From Longivirga aurantiaca (GTDB lineage Bacteria > Actinomycetota > Actinomycetes > S36-B12 > CAIYMF01): DNA of 32,000 nucleotides. The notes beneath the pieces are model-generated. The model was given only the letters and a program-made list of their open reading frames with translations, did no database searches and was not told the origin of the DNA. Of this stretch, positions 18,687-25,061 are shown piece by piece (position 1 is the first letter of the stretch; each line of letters begins with the position of its first letter). Made by a program: the position numbers and the translations under genes. Location: assembly GCF_042660085.1 (NCBI RefSeq), contig NZ_JBHSTI010000008.1, forward strand, positions 1,479,876 through 1,511,875, given 5' to 3'.

Positions 18687-19670
18687 GTGAACATCCCCGG
18701 CTGGATCTGGGCCGCCACGATCGCGCTGTACACGGTGCTGTTCGTCATCGATCTGCTGATCGTGGGCCGTCGCCCGCACATCCCCAGCACGGCCGAGTGC
18801 GTCCGTTGGCTGAGCCTCTACGTCGGCATCGCGATCGCGTTCGGCCTGGCCATGTGGTGGTGGGCGGGTCGCGACTACGCCGTGCAGTTCTTCGCGGGCT
18901 GGGTGACCGAGTACAGCCTGTCGGTCGACAACCTCTTCGTGTTCCTGCTGATCATGGCGCGCTTCTTCGTGCCGCGTGAGCTGCAGCAGTCCGTGCTCAT
19001 GTACGGCATCTTCATCGCGCTGATCCTGCGGGCGATCTTCATCGCGCTGGGTGCCGCGGTGATTGCTCAGTACAGCTGGGTCTTCTACTTCTTCGGCGCC
19101 TTCCTCGTGTTCACCGCGGTCAGGCTCGCCACCGAGGGGGAGACCGACGACGACGAGTACCGCGAGAACGCCCTTGTGCGCTGGGTCTCGCGGCTCGTCT
19201 CGACCACCCCCGACTTCCACGGCACGAAGCTGCACACCATCGTCGACGGCAAGAAGCTGTGGACCCCGATGCTGCTGGTGCTGCTCTCGCTGGGCACCAC
19301 CGACCTCGTCTTCGCGCTGGACTCGATCCCCGCGATCTTCGGCCTCACGCAGGAGGCGTACATCGTGTTCGCCGCCAACGTGTTCGCGCTGCTCGGCCTC
19401 CGCCAGCTGTACTTCCTGCTCGGCGACCTGCTGAACCGGCTCATCTACCTGTCGATCGGGCTCGCGATCGTGCTCGGGTTCATCGGCGTCAAGCTCGTGC
19501 TCGAGGCCATGCACACCAACTCGGTGCCGTTCCTGAACGGCGGCGAGCCCTTCCCGGTGCCCGTGCCCTCCACAGGGCTCTCCCTCGCCGTCATCGTCAC
19601 CGTCCTCACGGTCACGACCGTCGCGAGCCTCGTCGTCTCGCGGCGTGAGGGTGCGCGAGAGCCTCTGTAG
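18687..19670 (+). CDS. TerC-family integral membrane protein (paralogue 1)
   Basis: 327 aa, GTG start. TerC signatures are EYSLSVDNLFVFLLI and TDLVFALDSIPAIFGLTQE, and the protein is multi-TM. Confidence 0.9.
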   Translation: MNIPGWIWAATIALYTVLFVIDLLIVGRRPHIPSTAECVRWLSLYVGIAIAFGLAMWWWAGRDYAVQFFAGWVTEYSLSVDNLFVFLLIMARFFVPRELQQSVLMYGIFIALILRAIFIALGAAVIAQYSWVFYFFGAFLVFTAVRLATEGETDDDEYRENALVRWVSRLVSTTPDFHGTKLHTIVDGKKLWTPMLLVLLSLGTTDLVFALDSIPAIFGLTQEAYIVFAANVFALLGLRQLYFLLGDLLNRLIYLSIGLAIVLGFIGVKLVLEAMHTNSVPFLNGGEPFPVPVPSTGLSLAVIVTVLTVTTVASLVVSRREGAREPL

Positions 19671-19761
19671 GCCTCGTCAGGGAGGTCCCCCTGGCCCTGC
19701 TGGCGCGGGCAGGCGCCCCTCAGGATGTGTGCTTCGCCCCCTCGCTCGGTAGGTTCTCCGG

Positions 19762-20763
19762 ATGGACGTCACCCTCGCACTCTGGGCCGCCACGATCGCC
19801 GGCATCCTCGTGCTGATCGCGCTCGACTTCGTCACCGTCAGCCGCAAGCCGCACGAGGTGGAGTTCCGCGAGGCTGCGCTCTGGTCCGTCTTCTACATCG
19901 GCATCGCCATCGCGTTCGGCGCGTGGATCTGGTTCTCCTTCGGCACGACGCCGGGCACGGAGTACTTCGCGGCGTACCTCGTGGAGAAGTCGCTCTCGGT
20001 CGACAACCTCTTCGTCTTCGTCATCATCCTGACGCAGTTCGCGGTGCCGTCGATCTACCACCAGCGGGTCCTGCTCGTCGGTGTCGTCCTCGCTCTGGTG
20101 TTCCGCGCGATCTTCATCGCCATCGGTGCTGCGGCGCTGGCGGCGTTCGCCTTCACGTTCGTCATCTTCGGCGCCATCCTCATCTGGACGGGCATCGGCC
20201 TGTTCCGGCACAGGGACGCCGACCCGAACCCCAAGGACAACGCGGTGGTGCGCAGCGTCCGTCGTTTCGTCCCCGTCACCGACGAGTACGACGGCACGAA
20301 GCTGTTCACACACATCGACGGCAAGCGCATGGCCACGCCGCTGTTCCTCGTGATGATCGCCATCGGCTCGACCGACCTGCTGTTCGCCCTCGACTCGATC
20401 CCGGCGACCTTCGGCGTCACCCAGGAGCCGTACCTCGTCTTCGCTGCGAACGCGTTCGCGCTGCTGGGCCTGCGCGCCCTCTACTTCCTGCTCAAGGGCC
20501 TGCTCGACAAGCTCGTCTACCTCTCCGTCGGTCTGGCGCTCATCCTGGTCTTCATCGGCGTCAAGCTGGTGCTGCTGTGGGCGCACGAGACCTGGCCGGC
20601 GGTGCCCAAGATCGAGACGTCGACCTCGCTCATCGTCATCGCGGCCGTCCTCACGATCACCGCGCTCGCGAGCTGGTGGGCGGTGCGTCGCGACCCCGAC
20701 CGCATCGCGCACGCCGGCACCGTGACCGATCCGCACCGCGACGACGACGAGCCGAAGGCCTGA
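19762..20763 (+). CDS. TerC-family integral membrane protein (paralogue 2)
   Basis: 333 aa, ATG start. EKSLSVDNLFVFVII and TDLLFALDSIPATFGVTQE are colinear with the upstream paralogue. There is an extra acidic C-terminal tail. Confidence 0.9.
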   Translation: MDVTLALWAATIAGILVLIALDFVTVSRKPHEVEFREAALWSVFYIGIAIAFGAWIWFSFGTTPGTEYFAAYLVEKSLSVDNLFVFVIILTQFAVPSIYHQRVLLVGVVLALVFRAIFIAIGAAALAAFAFTFVIFGAILIWTGIGLFRHRDADPNPKDNAVVRSVRRFVPVTDEYDGTKLFTHIDGKRMATPLFLVMIAIGSTDLLFALDSIPATFGVTQEPYLVFAANAFALLGLRALYFLLKGLLDKLVYLSVGLALILVFIGVKLVLLWAHETWPAVPKIETSTSLIVIAAVLTITALASWWAVRRDPDRIAHAGTVTDPHRDDDEPKA

Positions 20764-20797
20764 CCTCGTCACCACGACCTCGTCACCGCGACCTCGG
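20762..20797. repeat. Short 14-bp tandem repeat (2.6 copies) abutting the TerC-2 stop codon
   Basis: gacctcgtcaccac / gacctcgtcaccgc / gacctcgg, with units starting at 20762, 20776 and 20790. Confidence 0.7.
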
Positions 20798-20928
20798 CGG
20801 GGGACCAGGCTCTGCACCGCGACAAGCGCGCCAGCAGGGCCGTCCGAGCGTTCGGCGCTGTGCCCGCGCGCAGGCCGGCCGAGGCCTACCGTGCGCGCAC
20901 CGGCCCGCACTCGTCGCCTGGAGTCGCC

Positions 20929-21096
20929 ATGGCCCGCATCGTCACCCTCGTGGCAGCCCTCGCTGGCGCGGTCGCGCTGCCCGTCGGGATCATGCAGGCC
21001 CGGTCGGACGCGACGTCCGAGGGCGCTGCCGGAGCGACGCTGCTGATCGGTGCGGGTGTCGTGGTGCACGCTCACCGGCCGTGGCACGGCAGGTGA
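20929..21096 (+). CDS. Small hydrophobic protein (55 aa), hypothetical
   Basis: ATG 20929 has ggag 6-9 nt upstream. The sequence MARIVTLVAALAGAVALPVGIMQ...GATLLIGAGVVVHA has two hydrophobic segments and high GC3. I recognise no family. Confidence 0.35.
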   Translation: MARIVTLVAALAGAVALPVGIMQARSDATSEGAAGATLLIGAGVVVHAHRPWHGR

Positions 21097-21156
21097 GGGA
21101 AGGCCATCGAGTCGAGTACGCCGTGCAACCCGGTTCGCCGAGGAGTCTGCGGCCGC

Positions 21157-21346
21157 TCACCAGCCGCGGTCGCGCCACTCGGCGAGGTGGGGCCGCTCGG
21201 CGCCGAGGGTCGTGTCCTTGCCGTGGCCCGGGTAGACCCAGGTCTCGTCCGGCAGGACGTCGAAGAGCTTGCCGACCACGTCTGCGTACAGGCTGTCGAA
21301 CCGCGACGCGTCGCCCCAGGTGTTGCCCGAGCCCCCGGGGAAAAGC
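21157..21346 (-). pseudogene. Orphan 3'-terminal fragment of the MBL-fold hydrolase gene (displaced copy)
   Basis: It encodes ...GNTWGDASRFDSLYADVVGKLFDVLPDETWVYPGHGKDTTLGAERPHLAEWRDRGW*. This is near-identical to the last 62 codons of the intact gene at 25890..26546, but no gene body lies upstream. The stop is TGA, against TAG in the intact copy. Confidence 0.85.
21159..21346. repeat. Direct repeat, left copy (att-like, 188 bp)
   Basis: Aligns with 25892..26079 at a constant offset of 4733 bp. I count 4 mismatches (21273, 21329, 21330, 21343), and the first 114 bp are identical. Confidence 0.9.
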
Positions 21347-21556
21347 ATGGGCCAGGTTCGCGCGCACCCTCTCCTGGCCGAGCTGCGCGCCAGCCGCACC
21401 CTGGTCGCACGCCTGCTGTCGCAGATCGGCTTGCCGGGTGAAGGTGACGAGGTCGCGCTGACGCCGCTTCAGCGACGCTCCAAGCGCGGCAACGATGGCC
21501 GCTGGGCAGCGCATCGGGAGTCAGTCGCGCGACGTCGTGCGGCAGGACTCGAGTGA
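21347..21556 (+). CDS. Phage-like protein fragment resembling the C-terminus of a small terminase subunit (tentative)
   Basis: ATG 21347 lies exactly at the repeat boundary. The sequence is MGQVRAHPLLAELRASRTLVARLLSQIGLPGEGDEVALTPLQRRSKRGNDGRW... The pattern (HPLL..R......RLL...GLP...R) recalls actinophage TerS/P27-type C-termini from memory only. Confidence 0.4.
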   Translation: MGQVRAHPLLAELRASRTLVARLLSQIGLPGEGDEVALTPLQRRSKRGNDGRWAAHRESVARRRAAGLE

Positions 21557-21834
21557 TGGCGCGCCGACGCCGGCAGACCGAGCCCGCCGTGGTTCACCCG
21601 CTGACGATGTCCGGCTACGTCGCCGCCCGGGTGACGGCCACCGGCGCGCCTGTCGTGGCGTACGGCTTCCAGTTCGGGCGCACGGGCCCGGAGGGCATGG
21701 TCGAGTTCGCGCTCGAGCCCGACGGCACCCTGACGGCCGTGGAGCGGTTCCGGATGAGCCCGTCGGAGGTTCGGCACCGTCGCCCCGATGGCACCGTCGT
21801 CCGGAGCGAAGGGGTGGACGATGGCACGACGTAG
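21553..21834 (+). CDS. Hypothetical protein (93 aa)
   Basis: The GTGATG start overlaps the upstream stop (coupled). GC3 is very high throughout. I recognise no family. Confidence 0.55.
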   Translation: MMARRRRQTEPAVVHPLTMSGYVAARVTATGAPVVAYGFQFGRTGPEGMVEFALEPDGTLTAVERFRMSPSEVRHRRPDGTVVRSEGVDDGTT

Positions 21835-22129
21835 GACGCCACCGGAGCCCGAGCCGGACCAGGGTGCACCGATGCCGCCCGAGCTCCAGTTCCGCCCGCC
21901 GATGCCGCTGACGATCTCCGAGTTCCGCGACTTGAAGCGACGCCGTACCGAGTGGCTCGAGGCGCACGACCTGCTCGACGACCGCGGGCTGCCGGACTGG
22001 CAACGCCTGCCGAATCCGGGCGGTCCTCCGCGATCGGTACGTTCCGCTCATGGACCCCCGCCCCGTGACCGTCACCGACTCGGCGGGCGACTGGCAGGGG
22101 TGGCTTCTCGCATGGCGCCGCGATGGTGA
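21821..22129 (+). CDS. Hypothetical protein, phage-context (about 75-100 aa; 3' end uncertain)
   Basis: ATG 21821 overlaps the upstream stop by 14 nt, with aagggg upstream. The sequence is MARRRTPPEPEPDQGAPMPPELQFRPPMPLTISEFRDLKRRRTEWLEAHDLLDDRGLPDWQRL... GC3 decays after about 22030, where the next ORF's frame takes over. Confidence 0.45.
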   Translation: MARRRTPPEPEPDQGAPMPPELQFRPPMPLTISEFRDLKRRRTEWLEAHDLLDDRGLPDWQRLPNPGGPPRSVRSAHGPPPRDRHRLGGRLAGVASRMAPRW

Positions 22130-22229
22130 CCACTGGCGCGGCCTCGTCCGATACCGGAAGCCGCACGAGACCGGATACGTCCTGACCTACGAGCACGCGG
22201 TCGACGGCGGCTCTCTGCGGCCTCGCTAG
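22050..22229 (+). CDS. Small W-rich protein P1 (59 aa), paralogue of 23697..23873; not in the supplied ORF track
   Basis: ATG 22050 to TAG 22227-22229: MDPRPVTVTDSAGDWQGWLLAWRRDGDHWRGLVRYRKPHETGYVLTYEHAVDGGSLRPR. GC3 is high, and 27 of 58 positions are identical to P2 by hand alignment. Confidence 0.5.
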   Translation: MDPRPVTVTDSAGDWQGWLLAWRRDGDHWRGLVRYRKPHETGYVLTYEHAVDGGSLRPR

Positions 22230-22366
22230 GCGAGGCCTATCGGCACTTCGCCGGCCTTCGCCCCGCAGTGGTCGCAGGCGCCGCTCAGCTCGACCAGCGG
22301 TGAACTGCATCGTGGCCAGAGCCGCCGCGACAAGCGGCGTGCCTTTCCGTTCGTGGAGATGCAGCC

Positions 22367-22394
22367 GCGACGGGGTCCTGATGAACCCCGTCGC
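22367..22394. terminator. Hairpin between convergent island genes
   Basis: gcgacgggg (22367-22375) - tcctgatgaa - ccccgtcgc (22386-22394), a perfect 9-bp stem. It lies between the P1 stop and the collagen-like gene stop. Confidence 0.5.
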
Positions 22395-22410
22395 GTGCTA
22401 ATGCAGGCAG

Positions 22411-23277
22411 TTACTGGGTCGGTTGGAGACTTCCGAACGCCGGGCAGACCCCGAGGCCGGGGGTTGTGAGGTGCATGCCGTATCCGACATGGCCGATGAT
22501 GTTCGGCACGGTTCCGTAGTGGCCGGCTACGAAGTTGACCTGTCCAGATCCCTCGCCGCTGCTGTCGCTGGTAGCGGCCACAACTGTGTACGACGAGGCA
22601 CCGCCCTTGAATCCGTCGCCCTCGAAGCTGAACGCAGTTGCGCCCTTGACGCCGCCACCGGCGATATTGAATTGGTCGGCGCGACTCAGAGTGATGGTGA
22701 TCGACGTGGTCGGGGCCGTGTAGGAGCACGACACGGTCAACGTGTAGCCGTTCACGGTCGTGGTGGCCGAGCCCGTCTGGCCAAATCCTCCCAACGGATT
22801 CACGAAGAAGGATGGCGAATTCGGTCCTGCGGGGCCGGGTGCGCCGTCCTGACCGTCCTGACCGGCCGGGCCGGTCGGACCGGCGGGTCCAGTGGCGCCC
22901 CGCGCGGCCAGAAGCCCCCAGGCCGTTGCGCTCGACGCCGGGGGCTTGTTGAGCGAGGACGTCTTGGCGACGTAGGAGGAGCCGCCCACCGTCACCACGT
23001 CCTGCGTCGCGTAAGTCACCGTCGAGGACCATGCGTTGCGATACCTGTAGCCCTTGGCCCAGTGGATCGTCTGCTCACTGGTGGTGCACGTCTTGCCCCG
23101 CTGGGCGTCGATGACGCGCGTGGCACCTGTGGTCTTGTTGACGCATGCCGTATAGGTGCTCGTCGTGCTCGACGGGATGTTGGCAACTGCTACGCCCCCA
23201 CCGAAGACGAGCATGCTCACGGCGACGCCCGCCACGAATCCGGTAAGACCCCGCCGTCTTGCAAGAAGCTGCTTCAT
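22411..23277 (-). CDS. Secreted/anchored collagen-triple-helix-repeat protein with tail-fibre-like modules (288 aa)
   Basis: Trimmed to ATG 23275-23277 (MKQLLARRRGLTGFVAGVAVSMLVFGGGVAVA, signal/anchor). It has a YTACVNKTTGATRVIDAQRGKTCTTSEQTIHW motif, and a W...Y..QDVV..GGSSYVA....N.PP.....W..LA module. Nine G-X-Y triplets follow (GATGPAGPTGPAGQDGQDGAPGPAGPN, nt 22819-22899), then a Gly/Thr-rich beta-like C-terminal domain. G+C is lower than in the flanks. Confidence 0.8.
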   Translation of the reverse strand: MKQLLARRRGLTGFVAGVAVSMLVFGGGVAVANIPSSTTSTYTACVNKTTGATRVIDAQRGKTCTTSEQTIHWAKGYRYRNAWSSTVTYATQDVVTVGGSSYVAKTSSLNKPPASSATAWGLLAARGATGPAGPTGPAGQDGQDGAPGPAGPNSPSFFVNPLGGFGQTGSATTTVNGYTLTVSCSYTAPTTSITITLSRADQFNIAGGGVKGATAFSFEGDGFKGGASSYTVVAATSDSSGEGSGQVNFVAGHYGTVPNIIGHVGYGMHLTTPGLGVCPAFGSLQPTQ

Positions 23278-23405
23278 GGAACACCTGGCTCCCGATCGTT
23301 GTCCCGGACACTCGACGAGCACCGTGGGCGTGCGCGCGACACTAGTTCTGGCCGGTAACCACTGTCCTGGGAACGGACGCACCTGGCCGGCCCGACCCGG
23401 ACGTG

Positions 23406-23448
23406 CGACGACCCCGACACCTACGGGGGCGAGGTAGCGGGGTCGTCG
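23406..23448 (-). terminator. Stem-loop downstream of the small minus-strand gene
   Basis: cgacgacccc (23406-23415) pairs with ggggtcgtcg (23439-23448), a 10-bp GC stem with a 23-nt loop. It begins 10 nt after the stop at 23458. There is no U-tract. Confidence 0.35.
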
Positions 23449-23457
23449 GTGGATCAG

Positions 23458-23652
23458 CTACCGGTGGTCCTCCGGGTTGAGCAGGGCGTCAACCATCGTC
23501 ACCCCGCACAGCGCCTCGACTGTCCAGTCATCGTGCACCGCATGCGCCGTCCCAATGCCGATGACGACGGCAGCGGGCACCACTCGACGGCCCGCCTTCA
23601 TGCCGTCGGGGGTCTTGCTCTTCGTCTCAGCGAACCCGGTGATCAGCGTCAT
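23458..23652 (-). CDS. Hypothetical small protein (64 aa)
   Basis: ATG start and high GC3: MTLITGFAETKSKTPDGMKAGRRVVPAAVVIGIGTAHAVHDDWTVEALCGVTMVDALLNPEDHR. I recognise no family. Confidence 0.45.
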   Translation of the reverse strand: MTLITGFAETKSKTPDGMKAGRRVVPAAVVIGIGTAHAVHDDWTVEALCGVTMVDALLNPEDHR

Positions 23653-23696
23653 GCGGTCAGCATTGCAGCCGGTTCCGACGGCGGTACGGTCGCAGC

Positions 23697-23873
23697 GTGG
23701 ACCCCGTCGCCTGCACAGTCACCACGGACACGGGCGAGCGTCCCGGTTGGGTACTGGCGTGGCAGCGCACGGAGGGCACCTGGCGCGCCCTGTGCCGCTA
23801 CTCGCGGCCCGTCGACGGGTACAGCCTCACCTTCGAGCATTGGCTGCCGGCGAGCGCCCTGCGTGCCCGCTAG
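23697..23873 (+). CDS. Small W-rich protein P2 (58 aa), paralogue of 22050..22229; not in the supplied ORF track
   Basis: GTG 23697 is the first start after in-frame TGA 23640-23642, and the ORF ends at TAG 23871-23873: VDPVACTVTTDTGERPGWVLAWQRTEGTWRALCRYSRPVDGYSLTFEHWLPASALRAR. Confidence 0.5.
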   Translation: MDPVACTVTTDTGERPGWVLAWQRTEGTWRALCRYSRPVDGYSLTFEHWLPASALRAR

Positions 23874-23912
23874 CGGTTGCATCGCCCGCGCCGGCCGCGC
23901 TTCCCTAGTCGG

Positions 23913-24185
23913 GTGGACTGCGAGTGGTTGACCGTTGACGAGGTCGCAGGGCCGGCTCGGCTACGATCGCGCGACCGTCTACCCCCTGGTGCTCGCCAGG
24001 CCCCTTCCCGTCTCGCTGCCCCGTTGGACGAGCGGGCGGCGCTGGAAGGCAAGACCAGCATCGCCTTGACGCCGTGCGAGGCCCGGCGCCACACCGAAAC
24101 CCGTAGCGCAAGGGCGGCGGGACCAAACCGAATGGTGACGGGACTTGGCTCGCCAGGACTGGCTCGAGCCTCCTCACTAGCCTGA
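23913..24185 (+). pseudogene. Excisionase/HTH_17 (MerR-superfamily)-like gene scrambled by a compensated pair of frameshifts
   Basis: Frame 0 gives V-DCEWLTVDEVAG (23913-23951). Frame +1 gives RLGYDRATVYPLVLARPLPVSLPRW (23953-24027). Frame 0 resumes with LDERAALEGK... (24024 onward). Joined, these read like a typical Xis HTH (LTVxEAAxxLGVSRxTVYRLVxxGxLPxxxxGRxW). The switches fall in a G-run (23949-23951) and a C-run (24019-24022). Confidence 0.4.
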
Positions 24186-24212
24186 AGAGGAGACACGTGG
24201 GGGTGGATCGCG

Positions 24213-25061
24213 ATGACCTTTGCATCCAGGACGTGGTCCCTGTTTGTGCTGGCGTTGCTGGTCGCATCTTGCGGTTCGGCTTCCACAGACTCCGTGCCAT
24301 GGGAAGGACTGGGCCCCGTGGTCCCGCTCTCGGGCGTCGCCCGGGTCGACGCAAGCATGGGGCCGCTCGAGGTCGAGGTGGTTGCGATCCGATGCAACTC
24401 CCGCTACTGCTTCGTGCGGCAGAACGTGCGGAACCTGGGCAAGCAGCGTGAGCGCTTCTTGTGGCCGGAGACCCTGATCGATGCGAAGGGCGTTCCCCAC
24501 CGCAGTTGTTGCGGTGACGTGGGGCTCGCCGGCGCGAGCATTCCGCCGGGCCATTCCCAGCCCATGTTCGTCGAGTGGTCACTACCAGCCGAGCTCACCC
24601 TCGTCGCGATGGAAATTGGGGCACCGCGAATAGAGCTGCCACGACCGCTCGACCTGACCCAACAGGAGTCCGATCTCACGCCCGACACCGACTACGGCGA
24701 TGAGGTGCCCATTGGCGTTTCGGTCTCCGCCGACACCGAGTACGGCGCCTTCCAGGTGACGGTGGACTCCATCGCCTGCCGCGTCCGCGAATGCCGGATC
24801 ACTCAGCATGCGACCGGGCTCGACCAGGACGCCAACTGGAGGGACTACCCCGCCTACCTGCAGCAGGCGCTGGACGCGGCAGGAGGACGACACGCCGCGC
24901 TTGTGCCCTGGCCCGGGGACGATCCTCGCTACGGACCAATGGTCCACTCCGCCTGGGAGGCTAAGGAGTTCTACGCCACGTTCGACATCCCCGCCGGCAC
25001 CCGGCTGACGCAACTGATCATGCCGGGTGCCGCCAAGCCTGTGCGGCTGCCCCTTAGCTGA
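24213..25061 (+). CDS. Cys-rich lipoprotein with two tandem DUF4352-like beta modules (282 aa)
   Basis: The signal peptide plus lipobox is MTFASRTWSLFVLALLVAS-C. Two colinear halves are visible (GPLEVEVVAIRC...LTLVAMEIGAPRIELP and GAFQVTVDSIAC...LTQLIMPGAAKPVRLPL). The DUF4352 resemblance is by eye. Confidence 0.8.
   Translation: MTFASRTWSLFVLALLVASCGSASTDSVPWEGLGPVVPLSGVARVDASMGPLEVEVVAIRCNSRYCFVRQNVRNLGKQRERFLWPETLIDAKGVPHRSCCGDVGLAGASIPPGHSQPMFVEWSLPAELTLVAMEIGAPRIELPRPLDLTQQESDLTPDTDYGDEVPIGVSVSADTEYGAFQVTVDSIACRVRECRITQHATGLDQDANWRDYPAYLQQALDAAGGRHAALVPWPGDDPRYGPMVHSAWEAKEFYATFDIPAGTRLTQLIMPGAAKPVRLPLS

Noticed and set aside
18520-19761. A yybP-ykoY (Mn2+) riboswitch in the leaders of the two TerC genes.
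   Set aside because: I could not find the conserved GGGGAGUAG / UUGACA...AGACC elements or a convincing four-way junction in 18520-18686 or 19671-19761. A covariance-model scan would still be needed to exclude a divergent version.
21097-21160. A tRNA or tmRNA gene as the integration target at the island borders (also checked at 25800-25891).
   Set aside because: No cloverleaf-forming sequence or T-loop (GTTCRANNC) motif is visible at either border. The duplicated segment is the 3' end of a protein-coding gene instead.
20990-21514. A 174-aa minus-strand ORF spanning the left island junction.
   Set aside because: It is an Arg-rich shadow frame crossing the repeat boundary and overlapping better-supported features on both strands.
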